A stretch of DNA of 64,000 bases from Deltaproteobacteria bacterium (lineage in GTDB: Bacteria > Bacillota > Desulfotomaculia > Desulfotomaculales > JAGUVT01). Below are positions 55,778 through 64,000 of the stretch, in pieces. A model generated the notes under the pieces. The model was not told where the DNA came from and did not search any database. It saw only the letters and a program-made list of their open reading frames with translations. A program made the position numbers and the translations under genes. The stretch lies in contig JAGUVT010000014.1 of the NCBI GenBank assembly GCA_020062745.1, forward strand, positions 23,521 to 87,520, read 5' to 3'. The number at the start of each line of letters is the position of its first letter. Position 1 is the stretch's first letter.

Positions 55778-57436
55778 TTGGCTGAAACAAACGAGACAGT
55801 TTCTTCTTCCTACCACGAAAAGTTCAACCGGGGCAAAACCTGGTCCGGCCTGGAATTAAAGGAATTCTACAATCCTGCGGACACTGCCGGTATAGATTAC
55901 CACCGCTCTATCGGCGATCCCGGCCAGTATCCTTATACCCGCGGCATCCACCGCAATATGTACCGGGGCCGGCTCTGGACCAGGCGCGAGGTCTGCGGTC
56001 TCGGCTCGGCCCGGGAAACCAACGAAAGACTGAAGTTTTTGCTGCGGGAAGGCGCCGGCGGCCCCAACGTAATTGTAGACGTGCCGGGAGAGTTGGGTAT
56101 TGACGCCGACCACCCGCGGGCCGCCGGCGAAGTAGGGGTGACCGGGGTAAGCATCAACTCGTTAGCAGATATAACTGTTCTGACGGAAGGAATCCCTCTT
56201 GATAAAACCAGTTTTTCTTTGATTGTCGCCGCCCCCTCGGCGGAAGTAATGTTCAGCCAATACCTGGTCGAAGCACAACGCAGGGGCATTGATTTCCGTC
56301 TTTTAAGCGGTTCCATCCAGAACGACCCCATCCATCTCCGGTACTGCGGCTTCCCGCCGGCCGCCCCGCTCGACGTGGCCCGGAAAACGGCTGTGGATAT
56401 CATTGAATACTGCACCAGGTATGTACCCCGCTGGTACACCACTACCATTAACCTTTACGACCTGCGGGAAAACGGCATCAGCGCCGCGCAAGAGATTGCC
56501 TTCGGTTTCGGCATCGGCCTGATTTACATCGACGGCGCTATTGAAAGGGGACTGCAGATAGATGACTTTATACCGCGCCTTTCCTTTTATTGTTCCGCCC
56601 ATATTGATTTCTTTGAAGAAATAGCCAAACTCAGGGCGGCCCGCCGGCTCTGGGCTAAAATCATGCAGGAACGCTACGGGGCAAAAGATCCCCGCTCTCT
56701 GCAATTCCGGTTTGCCGTCCATACGGCCGGCTGTTCGCTGGTGCCGCAGCAGCCGCTGAACAACGCCATCCGGATCGCTTACGAAGCGCTGGCGGCTGTA
56801 TTAGGCGGAGTACAATCGCTGCACTGCTGCTCCTACGACGAACCCATCGCCCTGCCCACCGAGCAATCACACCTGCTGGCCATCCGCACCCAGCAGGTTC
56901 TGGCCTATGAAACCGGTGTCGCCGCCGTAAGCGACCCGCTCGGCGGGTCTTATTACATAGAAAACCTGACCGATAAAATTGAGGAAGAAACCCTCAAGAT
57001 ATTTAAAGAGATTGAGGACAGGGGCGGCATGCTGGAGGCAATTAATTCCGGCTGGATTGATCAGGAAATGGAAAAAGCTGCTTTGGAAGAGCAGCAGCGC
57101 ATCGAAAAACGGGATCGCCTGGTGGTCGGGGTCAATGTCTTCCGGATGCCGCCGGAAGACGCGACCCCCAGCGGCGTTCAGCGCATACCGGCGCAGGTAG
57201 AACAAAAGATCATTGAAGATGTCGAAAAGCTTAAAAAAGAGCGGCACCGTCCGGCCTGGCAGCAGGCCATCGACAACTTGAAACGGCACACCGAAAAGGG
57301 TGAAAAGGAAAACTTGATCCCGCCGGTCATTGAATGTATAAAAGCCGGTGCGACTGTGGGAGAAATAATGGGCGTAATCCGGCAGGCATACGGTCATCCG
57401 TACGACCCCCTGGAAGCAATCCAACCGCCCTATTAA
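55778..57436 (+). CDS. Acyl-CoA mutase large subunit, third and divergent paralogue of unknown substrate
   Basis: Mutase blocks are present ([49 protein letters not shown]). The signature positions differ: RREVCGL (Tyr89 to Val), a 4-residue deletion after IQND, and LYD in place of GYH (His244 to Asp). I prefer start TTG 55778 (AAGGGG 8 nt upstream). The track uses 55769. Confidence 0.85.
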   Translation: MAETNETVSSSYHEKFNRGKTWSGLELKEFYNPADTAGIDYHRSIGDPGQYPYTRGIHRNMYRGRLWTRREVCGLGSARETNERLKFLLREGAGGPNVIVDVPGELGIDADHPRAAGEVGVTGVSINSLADITVLTEGIPLDKTSFSLIVAAPSAEVMFSQYLVEAQRRGIDFRLLSGSIQNDPIHLRYCGFPPAAPLDVARKTAVDIIEYCTRYVPRWYTTTINLYDLRENGISAAQEIAFGFGIGLIYIDGAIERGLQIDDFIPRLSFYCSAHIDFFEEIAKLRAARRLWAKIMQERYGAKDPRSLQFRFAVHTAGCSLVPQQPLNNAIRIAYEALAAVLGGVQSLHCCSYDEPIALPTEQSHLLAIRTQQVLAYETGVAAVSDPLGGSYYIENLTDKIEEETLKIFKEIEDRGGMLEAINSGWIDQEMEKAALEEQQRIEKRDRLVVGVNVFRMPPEDATPSGVQRIPAQVEQKIIEDVEKLKKERHRPAWQQAIDNLKRHTEKGEKENLIPPVIECIKAGATVGEIMGVIRQAYGHPYDPLEAIQPPY

Positions 57437-57463
57437 ACTTATATGCGTCAAGGGAGGTTTGAA

Positions 57464-57874
57464 ATGGCTAAAAAGATCAGGGTTATTTTAAGTAAAATCG
57501 GTCTGGACGGTCACGACCGGGGGATTAAGATGCTGGCCCGTATGTTCCGGGAGGCCGGGATGGAAGTAGTCTATATGGGGCTGTACCAGACACCGGAAAA
57601 TGTGGTGCGGGCGGCAGTGCAGGAAGACGCCGACGTTATCGGACTGAGCATTCTCTCCGGCGAACACCTTACGCTGGTGCCAAAAGTAACCGCGCTTTTA
57701 AAAGAGCAAAAACTGGAAAATGAAATTTTACTGCTGGTCGGCGGGGTTATTCCGAGAGAAGATGTGCCGGCGGTTAAAAGCCACGGGGTGCACGAAGTGT
57801 TTACCGCCGGGTCGCTGGTGGAAGAGATTGTAGACTATATTCATCAATGGGTAAACAGGAGGGCAAAGACTTAA
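57464..57874 (+). CDS. Cobalamin-binding small subunit of acyl-CoA mutase (canonical type)
   Basis: I trimmed the start to ATG 57464 (GGGAGG 6 nt upstream). Motifs GLDGHDRG (DxHxxG) and GLSILSGEHLTLVP are present. Confidence 0.88.
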   Translation: MAKKIRVILSKIGLDGHDRGIKMLARMFREAGMEVVYMGLYQTPENVVRAAVQEDADVIGLSILSGEHLTLVPKVTALLKEQKLENEILLLVGGVIPREDVPAVKSHGVHEVFTAGSLVEEIVDYIHQWVNRRAKT

Positions 57875-57952
57875 AGCACTCTCAAAGGCAACGGGGCTGC
57901 CACGCCTTAAGGCTCGCAATGACACGAAATGGTGTTCTTAAGGGGAGCGGGT

Positions 57953-59374
57953 TTATAAAAACCTTTTGCTACCCTTTTCGCCGTTGTAGGTAAACAAAAC
58001 CGGTTTGTCATCAATTACCGTCTCGATATGTACCGCTCTTCCCCAGAGGGTGTAGACGTGAGGAAGAGTTTTTTCCACATAATGAACGTCCAGTTCCACT
58101 CCCTCATAATGGTGTTTTAAGTATAACTCGCCCCGCTTGTTAAAATCACCGTCTTCTACTATGATATAAGGATAGCCGCAGTTAACCAGGCTGTTTACCA
58201 GGCCGTTCCGTACTTTTTCCCAGTCTTTCTCGACTATCTTCCAGTCAAAGCCGACCTTCTGGTAAAGATAGAGATACAGTTCTTCAACCAATTCTTTTGT
58301 CAGGTAATTGCGTAAAAAAGAAATATCATTTTCCGTTGCCCGCACTTCAAAAATTTTCTCTCTTCCTTCCCGGCCCGGCCGGCCGTATTTCTCTTTTTCT
58401 TCCGGCGCCGGATCATCCCATCTTTTTTCTATGTCTTCAAAAATTTTCAAACCGAGATAATAAGGATTTAGATGAGTGCGGGAAGTCTGAATGACACCGG
58501 CATGCATTTTGGCAAATTCCACCGCTTCTTCGCTGGTAAGATCCATTTCCCGGATAATGCGCAGGTGCCAGTAAGCAGCCCAACCCTCATTAATAATTTT
58601 TGTTTCCATCTGCGGCCAAAAATAGAGCATCTCCTGCCTTACCGCCGACATGATGTCCCGCTGCCATTCCTCTAAATCCCTGGCGTGTTGCAAAATAAAC
58701 AACATCAAGTCCTTCTCCGGCTCGGCGGGGAACTTTTTCGGTTTTTCCAGTCCTTCTTCCGGGCAATGGCAAGGCTCGCCCAATACCCAGAGGTCATCGT
58801 AAGGCGTCTTTCGCTCCCGGTTGCGGCATAAACTATTTTGCTTTTCTTCCGGCGGCTCTTTTTCTTTTTTGATAAAGGTACGGGGTTCCACATGCTCTTG
58901 AATGGAAATTACCGCGTCAATAAAAGCTTCCACCCTTTCCCGGCCGAACTTAAACTCGTACTCTCTAAAGCGCTCTGCCGCGGCAGCCATCGACTCCACC
59001 ATGGCATGAGAGGTATTTTTGAAATAAATGTTATTTTTAAAAAAGTCGCTATGGGCCAGAACATGGGCGACAACCAGTTTATTCTGGATTAAGCTGTTGC
59101 CTTCCAGTAAAAACGCATAGCAAGGGTCGGAATTGATCACCATTTCGTAAATACGTCCCAGGTTGTAGTCATACTGGGTTTTCATTTTATGGTAGGCCTT
59201 GCCGAACGTCCAGTGCGAATACCTGGTAGGCATCCCATAAGCGCCGAAAGTATAAATTACGTCCGCCGGACATATTTCAAACAACATATTATAAAAGTCC
59301 AGATTAAACTCCCTGGCCTTAGCGACAATCATTTCTATCGATTCTTCCAGTAAGGATAATTCATTTTTCACCAT
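57953..59374 (-). CDS. spoVR: Stage V sporulation protein R
   Basis: SpoVR/YcgB family ([31 protein letters not shown]). I prefer start ATG 59374. The track uses GTG 59383. Confidence 0.9.
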   Translation of the reverse strand: MVKNELSLLEESIEMIVAKAREFNLDFYNMLFEICPADVIYTFGAYGMPTRYSHWTFGKAYHKMKTQYDYNLGRIYEMVINSDPCYAFLLEGNSLIQNKLVVAHVLAHSDFFKNNIYFKNTSHAMVESMAAAAERFREYEFKFGRERVEAFIDAVISIQEHVEPRTFIKKEKEPPEEKQNSLCRNRERKTPYDDLWVLGEPCHCPEEGLEKPKKFPAEPEKDLMLFILQHARDLEEWQRDIMSAVRQEMLYFWPQMETKIINEGWAAYWHLRIIREMDLTSEEAVEFAKMHAGVIQTSRTHLNPYYLGLKIFEDIEKRWDDPAPEEKEKYGRPGREGREKIFEVRATENDISFLRNYLTKELVEELYLYLYQKVGFDWKIVEKDWEKVRNGLVNSLVNCGYPYIIVEDGDFNKRGELYLKHHYEGVELDVHYVEKTLPHVYTLWGRAVHIETVIDDKPVLFTYNGEKGSKRFL

Positions 59375-59406
59375 AAACACCACCCCTGTTTAACACCAGA
59401 TGACAA

Positions 59407-59427
59407 AAAGAGGTTTTCAACCTCTTT
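59407..59427 (-). terminator. Hairpin between yhbH and spoVR (weak terminator/attenuator candidate)
   Basis: The minus-strand RNA reads AAAGAGGUU-GAA-AACCUCUUU followed by UUGUC. The 9-bp stem is perfect but the U tract is short. Confidence 0.35.
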
Positions 59428-59432
59428 AAATG

Positions 59433-60575
59433 CTATATCGGATCCCGGCTGAAAAATTTCTTTAAGGCCGGGTAGACACCGCTTTTGTCCCGGATCGAAA
59501 CACAGGTAAATTTCGGATCGATTATCCGCTTGAAGGCGGAACGAAGCGTGCTGGTATAATAGTACGGGCCTTCTATTTCGCCGTAGCCAACCATGTTGCA
59601 GAAGTTTAAAAGTTCACCGGCAAGTTTGACGCAGTGATCATTATCCGAAGCCAGGTTGTCTCCATCGGAGAAATGAAAGGCGTATATGTTGTAGTCCTGG
59701 GGACTGTAACGATTCTCAATTACTTCCAGCGCCAGTTTGTAAACAGAGGAGCAGCGGGTGCCGCCGCTGGCGCCCTTGGTAAAAAATTCTTCCTCCGTAG
59801 TTTCCTGGGCTTCAGTATGGTGAGCCAGAAAAACAATCTGCACATTGCTGTATTTGGTACGCAAAAACCGCACCATCCAGAAGAAGAAACTGCGGGCAAT
59901 GTACTTCTCAAACGGTCCCATTGAACCGGAGGTGTCCATCATGGCCAGGACGACGGCGCTGGACTCATATTTTACCGTTACTTCCCAGGTTTTAAAACGC
60001 AGGTCGTCCGGTGTAATTTCGTGCAAACCGGGCTTTCCTTTTAAGGCATTACGCTTGAGTACCTCCATAATGGTCCGCTTGCGATCAATATTGCTGGCAA
60101 TCCCTTTCTTGCGCACATCTTTAAACTCCACTGCATCCGAAGCCAGTTGCTGTTTCTTCTTCTGCTCCAGGTTGGGCAGTCCGAGATCTTCAAAAATCAG
60201 TTCGGCCAGTTCATCAATGGTAATTTCAGTTTCGTAGTAGTCTATTCCCGGCTCTTCCCCGGCACCCTTCCCCTTACCAGGGCCCTGTTGCGGCTCGGAG
60301 TGCAGGACGTCTCCAACCTTGCTCTCGCCGTCGCCCTGACCGGCGTGTTTCCGCTTCCGGTGGTCATACCGGAAATGATACTCATCCAGCGTGCGGATCG
60401 GCACCTTAATAATTTTCTGGCCGTCGTGCATAATAATGCTTTCCTCGCTGACAATATCAGCCAGGTTCTTTTTTATGGCTTCCCGCACCTTTTCCCGGTG
60501 CCGCTGCCGGTCAATTTCCCCTTTCCGGTGCAGGGACCAGTCTTCCTTTGAAACAACAAATTGTCTCCCTGACAC
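59433..60575 (-). CDS. yhbH: YhbH/YeaH family protein (DUF444, vWA-like), sporulation-associated
   Basis: The N-terminus SKEDWSLHRKGEIDRQRHREKVREAIKKNL is the family hallmark. I prefer start GTG 60575 (AAGAGG 8 nt upstream). The track uses 60584. Confidence 0.9.
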   Translation of the reverse strand: MSGRQFVVSKEDWSLHRKGEIDRQRHREKVREAIKKNLADIVSEESIIMHDGQKIIKVPIRTLDEYHFRYDHRKRKHAGQGDGESKVGDVLHSEPQQGPGKGKGAGEEPGIDYYETEITIDELAELIFEDLGLPNLEQKKKQQLASDAVEFKDVRKKGIASNIDRKRTIMEVLKRNALKGKPGLHEITPDDLRFKTWEVTVKYESSAVVLAMMDTSGSMGPFEKYIARSFFFWMVRFLRTKYSNVQIVFLAHHTEAQETTEEEFFTKGASGGTRCSSVYKLALEVIENRYSPQDYNIYAFHFSDGDNLASDNDHCVKLAGELLNFCNMVGYGEIEGPYYYTSTLRSAFKRIIDPKFTCVSIRDKSGVYPALKKFFSRDPI

Positions 60576-60589
60576 AAATAACACCTCTT

Positions 60590-62494
60590 TTAACGGTTGA
60601 GCAGGCTGCCTACGTACTTTAACAGTTCATTGGCGCAAATAGGACAGTAGCCGTGATCGGAAATCAGCCTGGCGCTGACTTCGTTGATTCGCTTCATTTG
60701 CTCGGCATCGGGGTTTTTGCTGGAGGTGGTAATCTTCACCACATCCTTCAAATCGGCGAATAATTTTTTCTCGATGGCTTCCCGCAACCGCTCATGGGAA
60801 TTATAATCGAACCGCTTGCCTTTACGGGCATAACTGGAAAGGCGGATTAGAATCTCTTCCCGGAAACTCTTCTTGGCACTTTCCGATACACCAATCTGCT
60901 CCTCAATGGAGCGCATCAATTTCTCATCTGGATCCATCTCTTCATCGGTAATGGGATCTTTTATTTTTACCCCGTTACAATAAGCCTCTACATTATCCAG
61001 GTAGTTGTCAAACAAGATCTTGGCCGACTCCTCGTAGGAGTAGACAAATGCCTTTTGCACTTCCTTCTTGGCCATTTCATCATATTCCTTGCGCGCCACG
61101 GAAATAAAGTTCAGCAGGCGGTCCCGCTCCTCCTTTGTAATGGAGGGATGCTGATCCAGGCCGTCTTTCAAGGCCCGCAGCACGTCCAGAGGGTTGATGC
61201 ATTCTGTAGAAGTACGGATTAAAGCCGAAGAAAGCCGGTTAATCACATAACGGGGGTCAACACCGCTCATTCCTTCATCGACGGCCTCCGCCTGCAGTTC
61301 GGCCAAGTCTTTCTGCTTGAATCCTTCGACATCTTCCCCATCATAAAGCTTCATTTTTTTAACCAGGTCCATGCCCTGCTTCTTTGATTCCTTAAGCCTG
61401 GTCAATACTGAAAATATGCTGGCTACCCGCAGGGAATGGGGCGCAATATGGATATTATGCAAGTCGCTCTGACGAATCAACTTTTCATAGATCTTTACTT
61501 CCTCACCGACCTTTAAATTATAAGGGATTTTCATTACAATAATGCGGGACTGCAGCGCCTCATTCTTTTTGTTGCTGATAAAAGCCTTATACTCGTTTTC
61601 ATTGGTATGGGCCACGATCATTTCATCGGCATAAATCAAGGCAAACCGTCCGGCCTTGAAGTTTCCTTCCTGTGAAAGGCTTAAGAGGTTCCATAAAAAC
61701 TTCTCGTCGCATTTAAGCATCTCCTGAAACTCCATCAAGCCGCGGTTGGCAATGTTTAGTTCCCCGTCAAACCGGTAAGCCCTGGGATCCGATTCCGACC
61801 CGTACTCGGCGATGGTGGAAAAATCCACGCTGCCGGTCAGGTCGGCGATATCCTGAGACTTGGGGTCAGAAGGAGTAAAGGTGCCGACGCCGACCCGGTC
61901 GTCCTCGGATAAAAATATACGCTCCACCGGAATATCTTCAATATTATTGTAGAAATCGTTTTCTACCATCAGCCGGCAGGAAGGGCACAGTTCCCCTTCG
62001 ATATAAACGCCGTACTCCCGGGAAAATTCCGCCCGTAACTCCCCGGGAATCAAATGCAATGGCTCTTCATGCATCGGACAGCCGGCAATAGCATAAATAG
62101 CCCCTTCTTCTGTCCGGGAAAACTGCTCCAGTCCTCTTTTGAGCATGGCCACCAGGGTAGACTTGCCGCCGCTGACCGGTCCCATCAGGAGCAATATTCG
62201 CTTGCGCACATCCATGCGCCGGGCTGCAGGATGAAAATATTCCTCAACCAGCCTTTCTAAAGTTTTATCCAGACCAAAAAGCTCGTTGGTAAAGAAATTA
62301 TAGCGTTTTTCTTCCTCCTTTATCTCTATTCCGGCACATTTAATCATATTATAGATACGGGCGTGGGCAAGCCGGCAAACCCAGGGTTTCTCCTTAACAA
62401 TTTCAAGATACTCTTGAAATGTGCCTTTCCATGCTAACTTTTTTCCTAAGGAGCGGTATTCTTCCAGACGCTTAAGAAAATCCATAACTCTCAC
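60590..62494 (-). CDS. prkA: PrkA serine protein kinase / AAA-type ATPase
   Basis: 634 aa with Walker A GPVSGGKST and PrkA family sequence throughout. The conserved order prkA-yhbH-spoVR is present. Confidence 0.95.
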   Translation of the reverse strand: MRVMDFLKRLEEYRSLGKKLAWKGTFQEYLEIVKEKPWVCRLAHARIYNMIKCAGIEIKEEEKRYNFFTNELFGLDKTLERLVEEYFHPAARRMDVRKRILLLMGPVSGGKSTLVAMLKRGLEQFSRTEEGAIYAIAGCPMHEEPLHLIPGELRAEFSREYGVYIEGELCPSCRLMVENDFYNNIEDIPVERIFLSEDDRVGVGTFTPSDPKSQDIADLTGSVDFSTIAEYGSESDPRAYRFDGELNIANRGLMEFQEMLKCDEKFLWNLLSLSQEGNFKAGRFALIYADEMIVAHTNENEYKAFISNKKNEALQSRIIVMKIPYNLKVGEEVKIYEKLIRQSDLHNIHIAPHSLRVASIFSVLTRLKESKKQGMDLVKKMKLYDGEDVEGFKQKDLAELQAEAVDEGMSGVDPRYVINRLSSALIRTSTECINPLDVLRALKDGLDQHPSITKEERDRLLNFISVARKEYDEMAKKEVQKAFVYSYEESAKILFDNYLDNVEAYCNGVKIKDPITDEEMDPDEKLMRSIEEQIGVSESAKKSFREEILIRLSSYARKGKRFDYNSHERLREAIEKKLFADLKDVVKITTSSKNPDAEQMKRINEVSARLISDHGYCPICANELLKYVGSLLNR

Positions 62495-62691
62495 TCCTTA
62501 ATCTTTCTATAAAATAGCAGGTTCTTTCGCTTGTTGTTAAAAGTTTCTCCTAAACATGATATGCAAAAATGGTAAAAAGAAGAATAATCGTATTGTGAAA
62601 GGTCGTTTAATTATCCATTAAAAAGAACAAATTCGCCCTTCGCACGAGTTAAAAGTTATCCACAAAGCGGCTTTAAAGCATGATTTCCCAA

Positions 62692-62722
62692 TAAAAAAAG
62701 ACCGCCGCAAAAAAAGCGGCAG
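62692..62722 (-). terminator. Rho-independent terminator downstream of gerM
   Basis: The minus-strand RNA reads CUGCCGC-UUUUUUU-GCGGCGG followed by UCUUUUUUUAUU. Confidence 0.65.
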
Positions 62723-62749
62723 CCATATCTAAAATAATTTGACGTTCTT

Positions 62750-63622
62750 TTACCAGCTTACAGGGACAACAACTTTATCCAGCTCGCTGCCGTCCTTGGG
62801 GCTTGCCCAGAATACCTCCAGGCTGCCTTTTCCTACCGGCGGCACAGCAAAAGGCATCTTCAGTTCAAAATCCCCTCTCCCCATACCTTCGGAAGCAGTG
62901 GTAAAACCAGTTGCCAGTATCTTTCCTCCTTCATCTTTAAGCCGTACATTCACCGTACCCTCAAAAACCATGGCTGAGCCTTTTATCTCAACCGGATCGT
63001 TTACTTTTTGACCCGGAACAGGTTTGGTCACCCAAATTTTCGGTTCGTAGACCCTGGATAGATCACGGGTAAAAGGTTGCCGGTAAAGACCGACGTGGCC
63101 CCACCAGTCCCTGGTTTCCGGATCCAGTCTCCCATCAACCAGAAAAGAAACTTTTTGCACAGCCGGGAACTCGCTTAAGGTATTGACAATGCTCTGAATG
63201 CCGAGAGTTTCTCCCATTGCCCCCACATTGGCCTGAAGCACCTCACGGGAAAAATCCACCACCGCCAGTCCGTTCCGGATGGAAACGCCCCTGACGGAGG
63301 TAGCTGGCGGTAAAACTTTGGAGGCTCCAGGTGTTTCTGGGTTGCCGTTAATCAACTCTTCCAGTGCCGCCCTGGCTACCTCCTTTGTAAAAGGGACCTC
63401 GTGCACTTCCCGTACCAGGTAAGAATCACCGGCAGTCATTTTGACGTAATATACGGCTACATTCAACTTCTGCTCAGAAGGGATAACCTGATTTTCAGGG
63501 CCGGGAACATTGTCAGGAGCATTCTTTTTGCCGGAAAGGCTGCACCCTGTAAAAAGGCCCAACGCCAGTACCATTATTAAAATAAACCCAATTTTTCTCC
63601 CGGTTCCGCTAATTATTTTCAT
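62750..63622 (-). CDS. gerM: GerM-like sporulation/germination lipoprotein (two GerMN domains)
   Basis: Lipobox LFTGCS is followed by two repeats of GerMN-type sequence (ALEELINGNPE...VSIRNGLAVVDFS). I prefer start ATG 63622. The track uses 63673. Confidence 0.8.
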   Translation of the reverse strand: MKIISGTGRKIGFILIMVLALGLFTGCSLSGKKNAPDNVPGPENQVIPSEQKLNVAVYYVKMTAGDSYLVREVHEVPFTKEVARAALEELINGNPETPGASKVLPPATSVRGVSIRNGLAVVDFSREVLQANVGAMGETLGIQSIVNTLSEFPAVQKVSFLVDGRLDPETRDWWGHVGLYRQPFTRDLSRVYEPKIWVTKPVPGQKVNDPVEIKGSAMVFEGTVNVRLKDEGGKILATGFTTASEGMGRGDFELKMPFAVPPVGKGSLEVFWASPKDGSELDKVVVPVSW

Positions 63623-63721
63623 TTTTTCTTTGCCCCCATACCCTATTTTGTCTTTACGGGTTTTTATTATCATAATTAATGTTCGCTAAAAAGTAAAATA
63701 AAACCTTTAATCTCCAGCGTT

Positions 63722-64000
63722 TTAAAGCAGTCTGTCCTGTAATACCTTACAGGCCCGTTTTTCAAAACGATCATCCAGCGGTATCAGGGGCAGATCCAGT
63801 CCCCGCCGTTTTAAAGCCAGAGCAATCAGGTGGTCGGTCAACCCGGCATTTTTCGGCAACAGAGGCCCGTGCAAATACGAGCAAAAAACATTCTTATAAC
63901 GGGCGCCTTCCCAGCCGTCACAGCCGTTGTTGCCGTTGCCGGCCAGCACTTTCCCCAGCGGTTCTGTTTCACCTAAAAAAGTCCGGCCGGAATGGTTTTC
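63722..64000 (-). CDS. gatD: GatD/CobQ-type glutamine amidotransferase (lipid II isoglutaminyl synthase subunit-like); 5' end outside the window
   Basis: The frame is open from base 64000: ENHSGRTFLGETEPLGKVLAGNGNNGCDGWEGARYKNVFCSYLHGPLLPKNAGLTDHLI..., which matches the C-terminal GATase block of GatD-like proteins. Confidence 0.75.
   Translation of the reverse strand, partial: ENHSGRTFLGETEPLGKVLAGNGNNGCDGWEGARYKNVFCSYLHGPLLPKNAGLTDHLIALALKRRGLDLPLIPLDDRFEKRACKVLQDRLL

Overview
This 64-kb chromosomal window comes from an endospore-forming anaerobic Firmicute. I infer a Peptococcaceae / Pelotomaculum-Desulfotomaculum-like syntrophic propionate oxidiser from gene content only: spoVK, spmAB, a gerA-type receptor, prkA-yhbH-spoVR, gerM, rubrerythrin, Hdr-type redox proteins and a methylmalonyl-CoA pathway operon. 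There are about 60 genes, most on the minus strand. I saw no CRISPR array, IS element, integrase or rRNA, and one tRNA (Leu-UAG).

Gene blocks:
- 1-17821 (-): one long co-directional supra-operon. It reads fumarase alpha/beta, HdrC, HdrB, a giant HdrL-like flavoprotein (two ORFs), MvhD-like, FrhB/FdhB-like, sucCD, methylmalonyl-CoA mutase catalytic subunit, epimerase, transcarboxylase 12S, a small protein, the 1.3S biotin carrier, malate dehydrogenase and transcarboxylase 5S (truncated by the window edge).
- 18-30 kb: housekeeping genes lexA, a LysR regulator, ynbB-like, spoVK, hfq, miaA, mutL, mutS, ymcA/ricA-like and miaB.
- 30-41.6 kb: citE-like lyase and nitroreductase genes. These are followed by a butyryl-CoA-type beta-oxidation cluster with a membrane Fe-S oxidoreductase and a family III CoA-transferase, and then by a divergent B12 acyl-CoA mutase pair.
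- 41.9-44.7 kb: a copA module on the plus strand.
- 44.7-51.3 kb: rubrerythrin, tRNA-Leu, a methyltransferase, aroH, rluB, spmAB and a flavoprotein.
- 51.3-55.7 kb: germinant receptor C/B/A genes plus an unlisted small two-TM ORF.
- 55.8-57.9 kb: a third mutase pair.
- 57.9-64 kb: spoVR-yhbH-prkA, gerM and a partial gatD-like gene.

Most interesting observations:
1. An in-frame UGA in the MvhD-like gene sits at a conserved Cys position and is followed by a SECIS-like hairpin, so it is a probable selenocysteine codon.
2. The HdrL-like gene is split by a 1-nt frame change in an A4 run.
3. This Hdr/Mvh/FrhB-like redox module occupies the slot in the methylmalonyl-CoA operon where succinate dehydrogenase would be expected.
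4. Two orphan acyl-CoA mutase paralogues have lost the MCM signature residues Tyr89 and His244.
5. The pathway mutase has no adjacent B12-binding subunit.
6. A RecQ relic lies at the edge of the copA module.
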